A DNA stretch of 64,000 nucleotides from Octopus vulgaris (lineage: Eukaryota), in the NCBI GenBank assembly GCA_951406725.2, contig OX597826.1, positions 1,860,001 to 1,924,000 of the forward strand. The letters run 5' to 3'. Positions 14,182-26,043 of the stretch are shown here, one piece after another. Within the stretch, counting starts at the first letter, position 1; every line of letters starts with the position of its first letter. The notes beneath the pieces are model-generated. The model saw only the letters and a program-made list of their open reading frames with translations. It had not been told where the DNA came from and searched no databases. Both the position numbers and the translations under genes were made by a program.

Positions 14182-14285
14182 TCACCTGATGAGGTGCATT
14201 TTACACCATGGTTGCTTAGCAATGATTACACAACGCCTTACTTATGTTATAAAGGTGTTAAAACATATTGAAACAATTGTAGCGC
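14182..14285 (+). ncRNA. type I hammerhead ribozyme (Penelope-type, long stem II, decayed)
   Basis: CTGATGAG at 14186, then GAAAC-AATT-GTA at 14270-14281 with a palindromic stem III loop. Confidence 0.55.
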
Positions 14286-15277
14286 TTTTGAATAAAGGAA
14301 TTCATTCATTCCATTTTCCATTATCTATGTATGTATCTATGTTTGTATGTATCTATGTTTGTATGTATGTGTGTTTGTGCGTGCGTGCGTGCGTGTGTGT
14401 GCATGTGTATACACACATGTACATACATATAATTGCATGCGAGCACACATGCCTCTATATATGCTTGTATTTATCTATATATTATGTATATTTATGTATG
14501 TGTATCCACGACCTCTGTATATATTTATGAGGTTCTTTCAAGAATAAACTGCTAATGAGCGAAAATATGTTTTAAAGATATCAGAGAGATTAGAATTTCA
14601 TATCATTTTATATATGATATCGCTCAGAATTTAAACAATGCAACTCAATACTTCAAACTCGAATTACATACTTAAAAAGATGACATTTTAAATTTGAGTT
14701 TTAATTATTTTTAAATAAAGAAAAATATTACGACAGAAATTCGAACTAACTTTCGTTATATTGCCATTGGAAACGGCGTTAATTTTGTTGATAACTGTGA
14801 ATATATTAACGCTAGATGTCAGGACAGGTTTTGCCGTTAATGTTGGCTTTGTGTACGTTTCTAATATTTTATTAAGAAACTAAATATATGTATTGTTTAA
14901 TGCTTAATAAAATGGTTTATAGTTGCATTGATTAGCAGTTTTGCCATGGAAGCAAAATGCGCGAACCAATAAATTATCAGTCGTTAATTGTTTTTTTATT
15001 TTGCTTTTTTTTTGTTCTAAACAAAGATACAAAATTTAATTGTTTGTTGTTTAATAAGCGAACAGTTTTGCTTTAATCACTTGATATCGAATAACATTCG
15101 TGATCGCGCACGCACACACATACGTACATATACGCACACACACACACGTACATACATGCACACACATGCACAGACGTGTGTACACAGACACACAAGAAAA
15201 AATACAGAAGCACACACACACATACACGCACGCACACAGGTACACACACATGTACACGATACTTAAAAATTTCGATT

Positions 15278-15327
<50 letters not shown>

Positions 15328-16904
15328 TCATATACATACATTCAAACACTCATACACATGCATGTATATATACATACATACACATATATGCATGTATGTT
15401 TGTATGTATGTATGCATGTATATATATATATATGTATGCATGTATGTACATATATATATATAAAGATTATATATATATAAAGATATGTATGTATACAAAC
15501 CGAAAGAAATGAATCTGCAGTTATTTTAGATGTTAATAGTTATTTCAAGCTTAATAACATCCAACGAAAATCATGTGATGCGTCATAATGAAATTTTAAA
15601 CAATAATTACAATAATAATAATAATAATGATTGTTGTTTGTTGCGAACGGCCAGGTTTCATGTTACACTACATAGAAGATGCTTTTCGTCTTGTATTACA
15701 ATAATAAGATGAAGTTTATTTTGTTGGTTTGTTTGCTTTTTTTCTCTTAGGGGGCATTCTTTTATTACCAACAAAATTCATAATGTTTAAATGTCTCCCT
15801 CGTCACCTGGACTACGGTCAAGGTTTGTCAGTAGAGCTTTGTGTTTTCTTTTTCTTTAAGTGTTTCCATATTTTCTCAAATAGCCATTTGCAATAGTTAC
15901 GTAAGTTGCAAGATGGTTGCCTTAGAAGAGAGTAGCAGGAAGAGATGCCCGCTACGGTGGTGGTAGCATTAAGGTAAATAAACGTGTCTAAATTGTTAAT
16001 CAAAATATACAAACAGAACTACGAACTTAGATACTCAGGCAAATACAATAGGAAACACACGCGCGCGCACACAAACTCACAGACAGACACTCCCTGTCTG
16101 TCTGTCTCTCTCACACACGCACACACACAGAGTTTTGGGAACAATAAATGAAAAACAGAAAGCAAAAAATATATCGTTAGCACATCAACATCATCATTTC
16201 ATTTTGCCAGGATTATGAAACAAAGGGGCCACCTCGACTTAAACCAGTTTAAGACGAAGGAAATTAAATGGGCGAGGTGCATTGCAAAGGTAGGTACCTC
16301 CTTGCCGGAGAAATTATCCTGAAAGGGGCGAGAAGGAAAGTGATGCTCCTCTGCTTTCATAGCAGCTCAAAGAACGTGTTAGAGGAGGCCCTGACCGATG
16401 TAGGATAAAATGTGCTCCGGCGACTGAAGCAGGGCTTACAGTAGCGTGTGGCTAATTCTTAAGATCGTGAGCAATGCAAGAAGACTGGCAGGGCTGGTGC
16501 TTCACATACCTGTTCCAAAATTCGCGCAACCTAAACATATATTTTCAGAGATAACTCCACAATTTTAATCTTGATAAAACATTAAATGAAAGAAAATTTG
16601 TTTTAGAGAGTAAGAATTTATTCTTTTAAAACAAAGACATAATTTATTATTTTGGAAATGGTGAATATCATTTGTTTTATAAAGTGAAATTTTTTTTTAT
16701 TAAATTTTATTAAAACACCTCATCTGGCGAAACACCGGAATTTTTTTCACGAACCCCTGTGATTCTTCGGAACCCACTTTGAGAAACTTATCTAACGTTA
16801 CTTCGAAATGCATGGAAAAAGTAAGCATAAATAGTTTAAATAAAGAAATAATTAAATAAATAAAGAGTTTAATCGTGCAGAAAAATCTCATTACTTTTTA
16901 GGTT

Positions 16905-17222
16905 AAGGGAGTGTGGGTTAGTGGTTAGGGGTATTCGGCTCCCGATCGTATAGTCGTGAGTTCGATTCCTGGTAGCACGTTGTGTCCTTGAGCAAGACAC
17001 TTTATTCCATGTTGCTGCAGTTCACTCAACTGGCAAAAATGAATTGTGTCCCGTAATTCAAAAGGGCCAGCCTTGTCACATTCTGTGTCACGCCGAATCT
17101 CCATGACAACTACGTTAAGGCTACACCTGTCTGTGAAATGCTCAGCCACTTGTACGTTAATTTCCACGAGCAGGTTGCTCTGTTCAGCTGGAGCAGTCGT
17201 CGTCGTAACCGACGGAGTGCCG
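16905..17222 (+). mobile_element. SINE family D variant
   Basis: tRNA head, TGTGTCCTTGAGCAAGACAC, and tail GTCGTCGTAACCGACGGAGTGCC. Confidence 0.85.
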
Positions 17223-17279
17223 AATAGGGGAGTGAGCTGACAGCATCGAGTACCGTACATATGTCTTTCCCTTGCATCT

Positions 17280-17600
17280 GTGGCGGCACTGGTGGTGGTG
17301 TTGATGGTGGTAGTGGTGGCGGTGTTGGTGGTGATGGTGGTGGTGCTGATGGCGTTGGTGGTGGTGTCGGTGTTGGTGGTGATAGTGGTAGTGCTGATGG
17401 TGGTGTCGGTGGTGGTGGTGGTGATGGTATTGGTGATAGTGGTGTTGGTGGTGGTGGTGGTGATGATCATTGCGGTGGTGGTGGTGGTGATCATGTTGTT
17501 GTTGTTGGTGGTGGTGGTGATCATGTTGTTGGTGGTGGTAGCATTTGGGGCGGAACGGAGTCGTCAGTTAAATATGTTGGGTGGCGGTGGTGATGTTGGC
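17280..17600. repeat. degenerate (GGT)n repeat
   Basis: Direct reading. Confidence 0.9.
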
Positions 17601-17844
17601 GGTTGTAGTTGTAGCTATAGTAGCCGTAATAACCGCAGCATCGAAATAGTTCGGACTAGTCATGTTAGTAATTGTTGCGTGTACAATAACGGTTGTAGCA
17701 TTAGTGGTACTGGTGGCGGTGCTGTTGGTAGGGTTGTTTGTTGTGGAAGAAGTTGTTTAGGTAGAAGTTGTAGTGGTTATAATTCTCACTGACGTCATTC
17801 CCGTCGTCGTCGCAGTCATCGCCACCATAATATTAACTTTATCC

Positions 17845-18390
17845 TTCTGCCGAGGTCGACTTTGCCTTTCATCCTTTCGGAGTCGATAAATCAAGTACCA
17901 GTTGCCTACAGGGGATGGCTCTAATCGACTGGCCCCATTTCCCCAAAATTTCGGGCATTGTGCCTAGAGTAGAAAAGAATATTTTAAGGCGGCGAACTGG
18001 CAGAAACGTTAGCACGCCGGGCGAAATGCGTAGCCGTATTTCGTCTGCCGTTATGTTCTGAGTTCAAATTCCGCCGAGGTCGACTTTGCCTTTCGTCCTT
18101 TCGGGATCGATTAAATAAATACCAGTTACGCACTGGGGTCGAAATAATCGACTTAATCCATTTGTCTGTCCTTGTTTGTCCCCTCTGTGTTTAGCCCCTT
18201 ATGGGCAGTAAAGAAATAAGTATTTCGTCTGTCTTTATGTTCTGAGTTCAAATTCTGCTGAGGTCGTCTTTCCTTTTCCTCCTTTCGGGGTCATTAAATT
18301 AAATACCAGATGCGTACTGGGGTCAATCTAATCGAGTGGCTCCCTCCCCCAAAATTTCGGTCCTTGTGCCTAGAGTACAAAAAAAGAATA
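17845..18390 (+). mobile_element. tandem cluster of SINE family B monomers (tail2 - tail1 - tail2)
   Basis: Three copies of the core CCGAGGTCGACTTTGCCTTTCATCCTTTCGG. Full head GGCGGCGAACTGGCAGAAACGTTAGC at 17987. Confidence 0.9.
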
Positions 18391-18872
18391 TTAACTTAAA
18401 ATATCGAATCTGAGGGAAAGCATAACGTAAATTATTACATGAATTATTTCCCTTTACACAATAAAGCAAAAGTTATCTCCCTTATAAATATAAGCGATGA
18501 GAAATCGAACGTCTGTTCGTCACCTCCACTCAGTGATTAAGATACGAAATTAATGATATATTAATTGGTTTGAGCGGGTTTTTCGTAGTTTTATATAGCG
18601 ATAATTTTGATGACATATACTATTTGAATTAAAGAACAGCAAAGGAATGTCTGTGGTAGTTTGCTACGCAAACTCGCGTTTCTGTGTTCAATGCCCTCGC
18701 GCGTAATCTTGGACACGTGTCGTCACTATATATATGTGTATTTATATACGTACGTACGTACGTGTATGTATGTATGTATGTATGTATGTATGTATATATA
18801 TATGTGTATATATATATATACATGTCTGTGTGTGTGGCAGTATATGTATGTGTGTGTATATATATGTGTGTG

Positions 18873-18906
<34 letters not shown>

Positions 18907-18954
18907 AATATATATATATATATATATATATGGGTGTGTGTGTGTGTATATATA

Positions 18955-19061
<107 letters not shown>

Positions 19062-19073
19062 TTGTATATATGC

Positions 19074-19232
19074 AAGGGTGGCTGTGTGGTAAGAAGCTTG
19101 CTTCCGAACCACACTGTTCCGGTTCAGTACCAATGCGTGGCACTCGGGCAAGTGTTTCCTACTGTAGCTTCGGGTCGACGACCAAAGCCTTGTGAGTGGA
19201 TTTGGTAGACGAAAACTGAAAGAAGTCCGTTC

Positions 19233-19300
<68 letters not shown>

Positions 19301-19562
19301 CATACATACATACATACACACACACACATCTATATATGTATATATATTTATATGTGTGTCTTTGTGTGTGTGCTTCTCACCCCACCATCGCTCGACAAGC
19401 GATGTTGGTGTGTTTACATACCCCGTAACTTAGCGGTTCGGCAAAAGAGACCGAGAGAATAAGTACCAGGCTTACAAAGAATATGTCCTGGAGTCGATTT
19501 CTTCGACTAAAGGCAGTACTCCAGCATGGCCACAGTCAAATGACTGAAACGTGTAAAAAAGT
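19074..19562 (+). mobile_element. SINE family A
   Basis: GTGGCTGTGTGGTAAG head, internal (TA)n, tail CAGTCAAATGACTGAAAC. Confidence 0.9.
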
Positions 19563-19849
19563 AATGTACGTACATACATGCATTGCACACACATATGTGT
19601 ATGTATGTATGTATGTATGTATGTATGTATGTATGTATGTATGTATGTATGTATGTATGTATGTATGTATATGTATATATATACACATACACATGCACGC
19701 ACACACCGTGTTACCACCGATTGTGATAGAACTCAACATAAGCCTGAGCTTGTTACTATTCTGTACAGCTGAGCGGTGCTTGAGATGTAACCATGGCAAC
19801 TAGAGCCATGCGCAGAGTCGGCCGCTCAGATGTCAGTTGGCCAGAGGAG

Positions 19850-20620
19850 ATTCTGAAAATGAATTTGTTTTAATAGTTTCAGATAAAGTCTTTTGCCTTC
19901 TACGATTCGTGGTGTCTCTCCAGCGAAACATCAACCAATTTTGTTTGAAAGTTGGTTAGATCCAGCTCCAGTGTAGCCGGGTGCCCTCTTTTCCCTTTCT
20001 AACTTCCCTGACGAGCTGGGTCACCATAGTGATATAGTCATTATTCAGCAGATAGTCGCAGAGACACTGAGACACAATGCTGAAGCAAATTCTGCCCTCC
20101 ACGTCGAACAAGCAAATGATACGAAACTGGTCGGTCTTCCGGCTTTTTTACGCATTTTCTTTCGGCGTATCTGCAAGAATGGCCAACTTTCCCTTTCATC
20201 AAGATCCCTTATGATCCCTTCCAGAATCAATGGAATGGCATTGCGTAGTTCTTATAAAGTGTGTAAGTCACTACACTGGCCTCATTTTGGATGTCTGTTC
20301 CTTTTACCATTTCTTCCACTCCTCAGGAAATGCTTGTTTAGACTGAATCGCACTGTTGTTCATTGTGGTGTTATCTATTTCTTTCGTGAACCCAACGACT
20401 GGTTTCTCTTGATGTCGCTGTAAGTTCTGGTGAGGTAATCGAAGACGGCGCCTTTGGAACAGCTCAAGTGGTCGGTCTTCGTCTGACCTAGAAGCTGTCT
20501 GCTCTGCCAATCGCTACTCTCTTCCTTGTCCGCTCTCTTCGCTTTCTTTTATAACTCTCCACTCTCGTCAGATGCTCTTTAACCCTCTCCCACTTTCTTG
20601 CATTACCTCTTCAGAAACCT
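19850..20620 (-). mobile_element. decayed RT region of a HERO-like (RLE-class) non-LTR retrotransposon
   Basis: Minus-strand frames YTLYKNY, FWKG and DQFRIICLFDVEGRICFSIVSQCLCDYLLNNDYI resemble HERO RT domain 0-2 (QFRTISLLNVEGKIFFS). Confidence 0.7.
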
Positions 20621-20629
20621 AAATTCTTT

Positions 20630-22200
20630 TAATTTTAATTGTTTGTTTCAGTCATTTGACTGTGGCCATGCTGGAGTACCGCCTTAAAGGGCTTTTAGTC
20701 GAACAAATCAACGCCAGCACTTACTTTTTTAAAACCTGGTACTTATTCCATCCGACTCTTATGCCGAACCGCTAAGTTACGGGGACGTAGACACACCAAC
20801 ACGGTTGTCAAGCGGTGATGGGGGGACAAACATGGACACAAATACCTCCCTATATATATATATATACAAAATGAGAAAATGGAGAAATATATCTAAATCA
20901 ATCATCAACCATCAGATAATACCCAATCAATACTTTATTAAACCATTACACAATAGCAATGATATTATACATTAATATAGTACAAATATAACAAGACATA
21001 GAAATAGAAATACATTTACATTGTAGCTGACAGCTGTTTCGGCCGTGAAGACAGGTATGTCCCATTTAACCTATTAGCCATATAAAGCAGGTATAAATGA
21101 GACATTAACAAGAATATCTCACGGCCTCTTCAGAGAATTTAATGCAAGTATGAAAAAAATTTACATATAAATATAAATATGTGTGCATACACACTCATAT
21201 TCTTACATATATATATACACAATAATACAATATAAACAATATAGGTCAATATACATTAACAAACACAATAATGTTCCATATTGAACTCCACAGTTCCATA
21301 ACCAACATCATGTACACTCACACTCAAAGCAGGCATATATATTGAACAGTCCAATATATTAAAATGTGTCATTTCAAAAAGTCAATAAAATTAATATCAC
21401 CACGACTGTACCATCCAATGCAAGCGGACATCCGCATATATACGCAATCAGTTGAATTCTTCTGCCCGCATTGTATTGATTTTCATAGATGGATTCGATT
21501 GGCCTAAACTTTTAAATTTGAATTACAAAAGAAATTTTACGGTTAGTTAGCTAGGAAACATACACACGCGCACGCACATCCACAAATCGTGCGCACATAC
21601 ATACATAGTTATATGTATACACACATACACATAGACATACCCACATACACAACCAAATCATAAATAAATAAATAAATAAATAATATAAGAGGTACTATCG
21701 CAACTATACACATGCAAAACAGAGGAACTCAACCGATTGCACATACATGCATGCAGACATCCACCCGCCCCAGACGGCACCATGGCCGTGGTATTAACTA
21801 AGTATTTACAAACAGATCCACTCACATATGTCCATAAATCCGTAAATGCAAACATACATATAATTATATCCAAATGGAGAGTATAATTTGTCATAAGGTA
21901 CATAATTCATGTGACACCGTATTTTTCGTAAACATAATATTTTAGAACCAAAAATGTCCACAACTCTACCGCTATGTTTTATTCAAACATTCACTAAATT
22001 ATAAAGTATAGAAATATATATATGTGTGTGTGTGTGTGTATGTACGACGGGTTTCTTTCAGTTTCCGTCTACCAAATCCACTCACAAGGCTTTGGTCACC
22101 CCGAGGCCATTGTAGAAGACACTTGCCCAAGGTGCCATGCAGTGGGGCTGAACCCGGAACCATGTGGTTGGTATGCAAGCTTCTTACCACACAGCTGCGC
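20630..22200 (-). mobile_element. SINE family A split by a ~1.17-kb insertion in its internal microsatellite
   Basis: 3' half at 20630-20850, 5' half at 22022-22200, collinear. Confidence 0.75.
21025..21136 (-). ncRNA. type I hammerhead ribozyme in a Penelope-like fragment
   Basis: Minus strand CTGAAGA-GGCCGTGA...TCACGGCC-GAAA-CAGCTG-TC. Core intact, 8-bp stem II base, weak stem I. Confidence 0.7.
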
Positions 22201-22879
22201 TTGTTGAATCTTCATTATTCTGTGATTTGGTGTATAGACTGATGCTAAGGGCTTGGCTTTCTTTATCCCAAATCATTCAGCTTCCATATTAATATGATGT
22301 CACTACGGAACGACACCTGCACCAGTGGCAGACCGTAAAAGGGAGAAAAAGTCACCCCTTCCGCCGGTAGACTGAGGTGGAACCTTGGGTAAGTGCTTGC
22401 AACCCCTTAGCCTCCAGTTCCAGGGACACGGTGAAGACGTCGGCAGCAGGAGGCTGGATAATCGACCAGGTGAAAGAGTCCTAGACCAACGGTTTGAAGA
22501 TTATAGCGACCAAGCGGAAGAGACCTGTACTACCAGACAACGGTTGGGTGTCACCTAGGAAGTGAGCAGCTTTGTAGGGCAGCCGCATCGTCGACCATGC
22601 TAGTTGCACTCTTGGTACTTGGCGTAGAGGCCCAGAGAGGCAGTGCGGTGGTGGTGGTGATGGTGGGACGACGACGACGGAAACTGCCTTAATCACCGTC
22701 CAAAGCGTTTTGCTTCAGAGAAGTAGGGCCAAAAAACTTCACCTGCAGCAGATATCGTCGCTGCTGCAAATCAACAATCAGGTGTTGTGGTCCACATGCG
22801 AGCTTGCCGAACATGATTTCTGAACAGATCAATCAATGCTGACCTACAACAGACAGCCGACGATGGGGAATTTGCCTTA

Positions 22880-23160
22880 GCTTACGGTCCACGTTAACCC
22901 TTTCAGCCTTTTCCAAGATTCAGTTTACGTCCTCATCAAGCTTCTGTCCTTCCTGTTGTGGTGCTTCACCATTCGATCCAAAGAATTGCGGCCATTGGAT
23001 CATTGACTTGGTCAGGAGACCGTAACAAGCCATCAGATCAGCCAGAAGACTTCAGGCAGCGGCCGTGGCGACCCTTGGATATCCTGAGCATCATTGTTTG
23101 CCTCAGGGCTTGGCACTCTCTGCAACTTCTCAAAAGTTGTTTCTCTGCCTCGCATTGAGT
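22880..23160 (-). mobile_element. N-terminal fragment of a HERO-like element
   Basis: IQWP...QKLDEDVN*ILEKA resembles the HERO N-terminal motif (IKWP...W..FDEDV..IL). Same strand as and upstream of 19850-20620. Confidence 0.45.
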
Positions 23161-23245
23161 TATCGCCTCCACTTGTAAAACATCCCACCTCATATTACTG
23201 TATTCTGGCAAGTTTTACAATAGATGTCCTGTATTTTTCATAGTA

Positions 23246-23515
23246 TCTTTATATCTATAAACGGCGAAATGTCTGTGTGTCTGTGTGTCAGTGTGTCCTT
23301 TATAAAAATCCACAGTTTTTCACGTAAAAGGCTCGCATTTTCTATGGGCTTTCAAAACTGTCTGAGGGTGGTCGTGAAGATCTTTTCATTTCCCAAGTGA
23401 CCCCAGAAAGCCATTAAAAAGAAAATCGATAAACCGACCCCTTATGCCCATACGTTATGGGCAGATCCATTCAAGTACTAGCACTGCACCCGGCAAGGCC
23501 GGGTCATAGTGCTAG
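23246..23515 (+). mobile_element. non-autonomous Helitron
   Basis: 5' end A|TCTTTATATCTATAAA, a subterminal GTCT/GTGT microsatellite, a 3' hairpin CCCGGC-AAG-GCCGGG, and CTAG|T end. Confidence 0.85.
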
Positions 23516-24041
23516 TGACACACTAAACTCTTTTTGCCATTGTCTTGTGTCATTGTTTTTTGAGCCCGCCAGAAAGGGCTGCTCATTCTTCCTGCCTCAC
23601 CTGTGAATACCTTTGGGATTATATTTTCCTTGTTTCCAGTTTTCTCTTAGAAGACATAATTAGTTATATTAATTACTTGAACCCATGCAAATACATAAAT
23701 ATATCAATGCATATACATACACACAGACACACACACACATATGCATACACACATACATACGTACGTACATACATACATTTATGCACACGGACACAGACAC
23801 ATACACACACGTGCGCGCACATACATATGCACACACATAAAGGTCTTCCTTTTGAACATATAAATTAATAATATTAATTAAACGAACCCATGTAAATACA
23901 TCAATGTATAATTACATATATATTTGTGTGTATGAGTGTGTGTGAATATGTGTATGTATATGCACCTATATGTATATGTGTAATGTATGCATGCATACAC
24001 CTAAATATGATTATGCATATATGTATCGTTACCTACGTATC

Positions 24042-24073
<32 letters not shown>

Positions 24074-24111
24074 TGTATGTATGTATGTATGTATGTATGT
24101 ATGTATGTATG

Positions 24112-24189
<78 letters not shown>

Positions 24190-24334
24190 GTTGAAATTTA
24201 TAGAAGAACAAAATCCGAAGACAGGTGTATGAACAACAAGCAAGTGTATTAGTTTGACACTCAGGGAAAATGGAAATGTCTTTTACGTTTCGAGCCTATG
24301 CTCTTCAACATAAAGGAATAAGAGAAAATAAACA

Positions 24335-24387
<53 letters not shown>

Positions 24388-24678
24388 AAACAAACGTATA
24401 GAGTTCTTCGGTCCAACATAGCGAAATTTTCCTACTCTTTGGACTTGCATATCTTAACTATTTCCCGAATTTTCAGCACCTCTCCTCATCCACATACCAG
24501 CACTCCACCCGGATTACCACTGGATCTACTGACTCTACCTTCACGGAGTTCACTGGATATTGTCGTTGAAATAAATACACACACACACATACACACACAT
24601 GTATATATATATATATATATATATATTATAAACACGTATGCGTTTACAAACACACACAAACACAAGCACACACATTTA

Positions 24679-25129
24679 TAACTGATAGGGCACAGATAGA
24701 GTGTCAATAGCCAGCTGGAGGAGATGTCTTCCTGGGGCTACAAGCTAAGGGTCAGCCACATTTAGGTGGCAAATATACTTCACGATGTCGGAGCTGCTAC
24801 TGTTTATGTCTCGCTCAGAGATGTATTATTGCTTGTTTCCACTTTTTCAAGATCAGTGATTTTTCGTCGTTGGAAAAAATAATATATATTTGCATTGAGA
24901 ATCACTTCCCATCGCCAACCGGTGGTTGTCACACGCTGATGACGGGTCAATATCCAGAAACTCGGGTCCGTGTGTATCACGTCAGGCTGGAGATGGGAAC
25001 GATGATTTCCCGTTGCAAATACTGATAGGGCACAGATATCGTTTCAATAGCCAGCTGGAGAAGATGTCTTTCTGGGGCTACAAGGTACAGTAGCATCAAC
25101 CCTTAAGGGTTAGCCACATTTAGGTGGCA
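24679..25129 (+). mobile_element. retrozyme-like element (340-bp period, ~1.3 copies)
   Basis: Direct repeat ACTGATAGGGCACAGATA...GCCAGCTGGAG..GATGTCTT.CTGGGGCTACAAG at 24681 and 25021, with a hammerhead between them. Confidence 0.75.
24930..24974 (+). ncRNA. minimal type I hammerhead ribozyme
   Basis: CACACG-CTGATGA-CGGGTCAATATCCA-GAAA-C-TCGG-GTC-CGTGTG. Perfect 6-bp stem I, predicted cleavage after GTC (24968). Confidence 0.8.
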
Positions 25130-25255
25130 CATTTTGCTGACCCCTCAATATTAGTTTTACTAGAATTTACCGTATAACGGTCCTGTTTTCATACCGAATT
25201 CTACTTGGTGAAATTTTTTGATTACTTCGTAATTAATTAGTTTTACCATTAATTG

Positions 25256-25305
<50 letters not shown>

Positions 25306-25765
25306 CAAAATGGGACAAGAACGCAAAACATCCGGACAACTAGGTGATACAGAAAGGGACAACAAAACATCCAGATAGACGATACAAAGAAAACAAGGAC
25401 AGGTTTTCTTTCTTCAGTCAGTCACCAGATTATCCTCGCAATTTCGGCTGATTATTCTTCAGATTGCTTCAATCTGGCTAGCCTCAAGGGAAAACTAAGC
25501 TAAGAGCATTAGATTCCCTGGAAGAAAGCAGCGAATGTATACAAAAACAAGGACGGAAAAATCGGGCAATGTTACACAAATGTAAATACAATAAAAAATA
25601 CCATAAAAATAAACAATAGGTGTCTTTCGACTAAGGACGAATTGAATTAAGCTGGCGAGTGTGGAAATGAAGCCTTGCGGCAGAGATACAAGAGTTTCAC
25701 AAACACAGGGAAGAATATCGATGTTGCACGGACCACGATCAGACCAAGAGTATATATATCTATAT

Positions 25766-25806
25766 ACTAGCATTATGACCCGGCGTTGCCGGGTCATAGT
25801 GCTAGT
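25766..25806. mobile_element. Helitron 3' terminus forming a 41-bp palindrome
   Basis: ACTAGCATTATGACCCGGC-GTT-GCCGGGTCATAGTGCTAGT, homologous to 23477-23516. Confidence 0.75.
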
Positions 25807-26043
25807 TTGGTATAAATTTGTTAAATTAAAAATTTGGGGTAATAAAACATACAATGACATATTAAAAAGACGAATTAAAATTCCAGAGAAAAATACATAG
25901 AAGATAAATATACAAATTTACAAAAATACATAAAAGTTCATCTTTTATGCACCAATTAATATGCACTAATTAATATGAAACATATCATATATTTAAAATT
26001 GACACTCCCCTCGTCACGATGTTTTTTTACACACAACACATCG

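Noticed and set aside
16925-17792. Thr-rich or Val-rich mucin/membrane ORFs
   Set aside because: Derived from a degenerate (GGT)n repeat and a SINE.
24705-24745. HDV-like ribozyme in the conserved retrozyme hairpin (CTCCTC..CTGG on the minus strand)
   Set aside because: Could not build the nested double pseudoknot (P1/P1.1/P2/P3) by eye.
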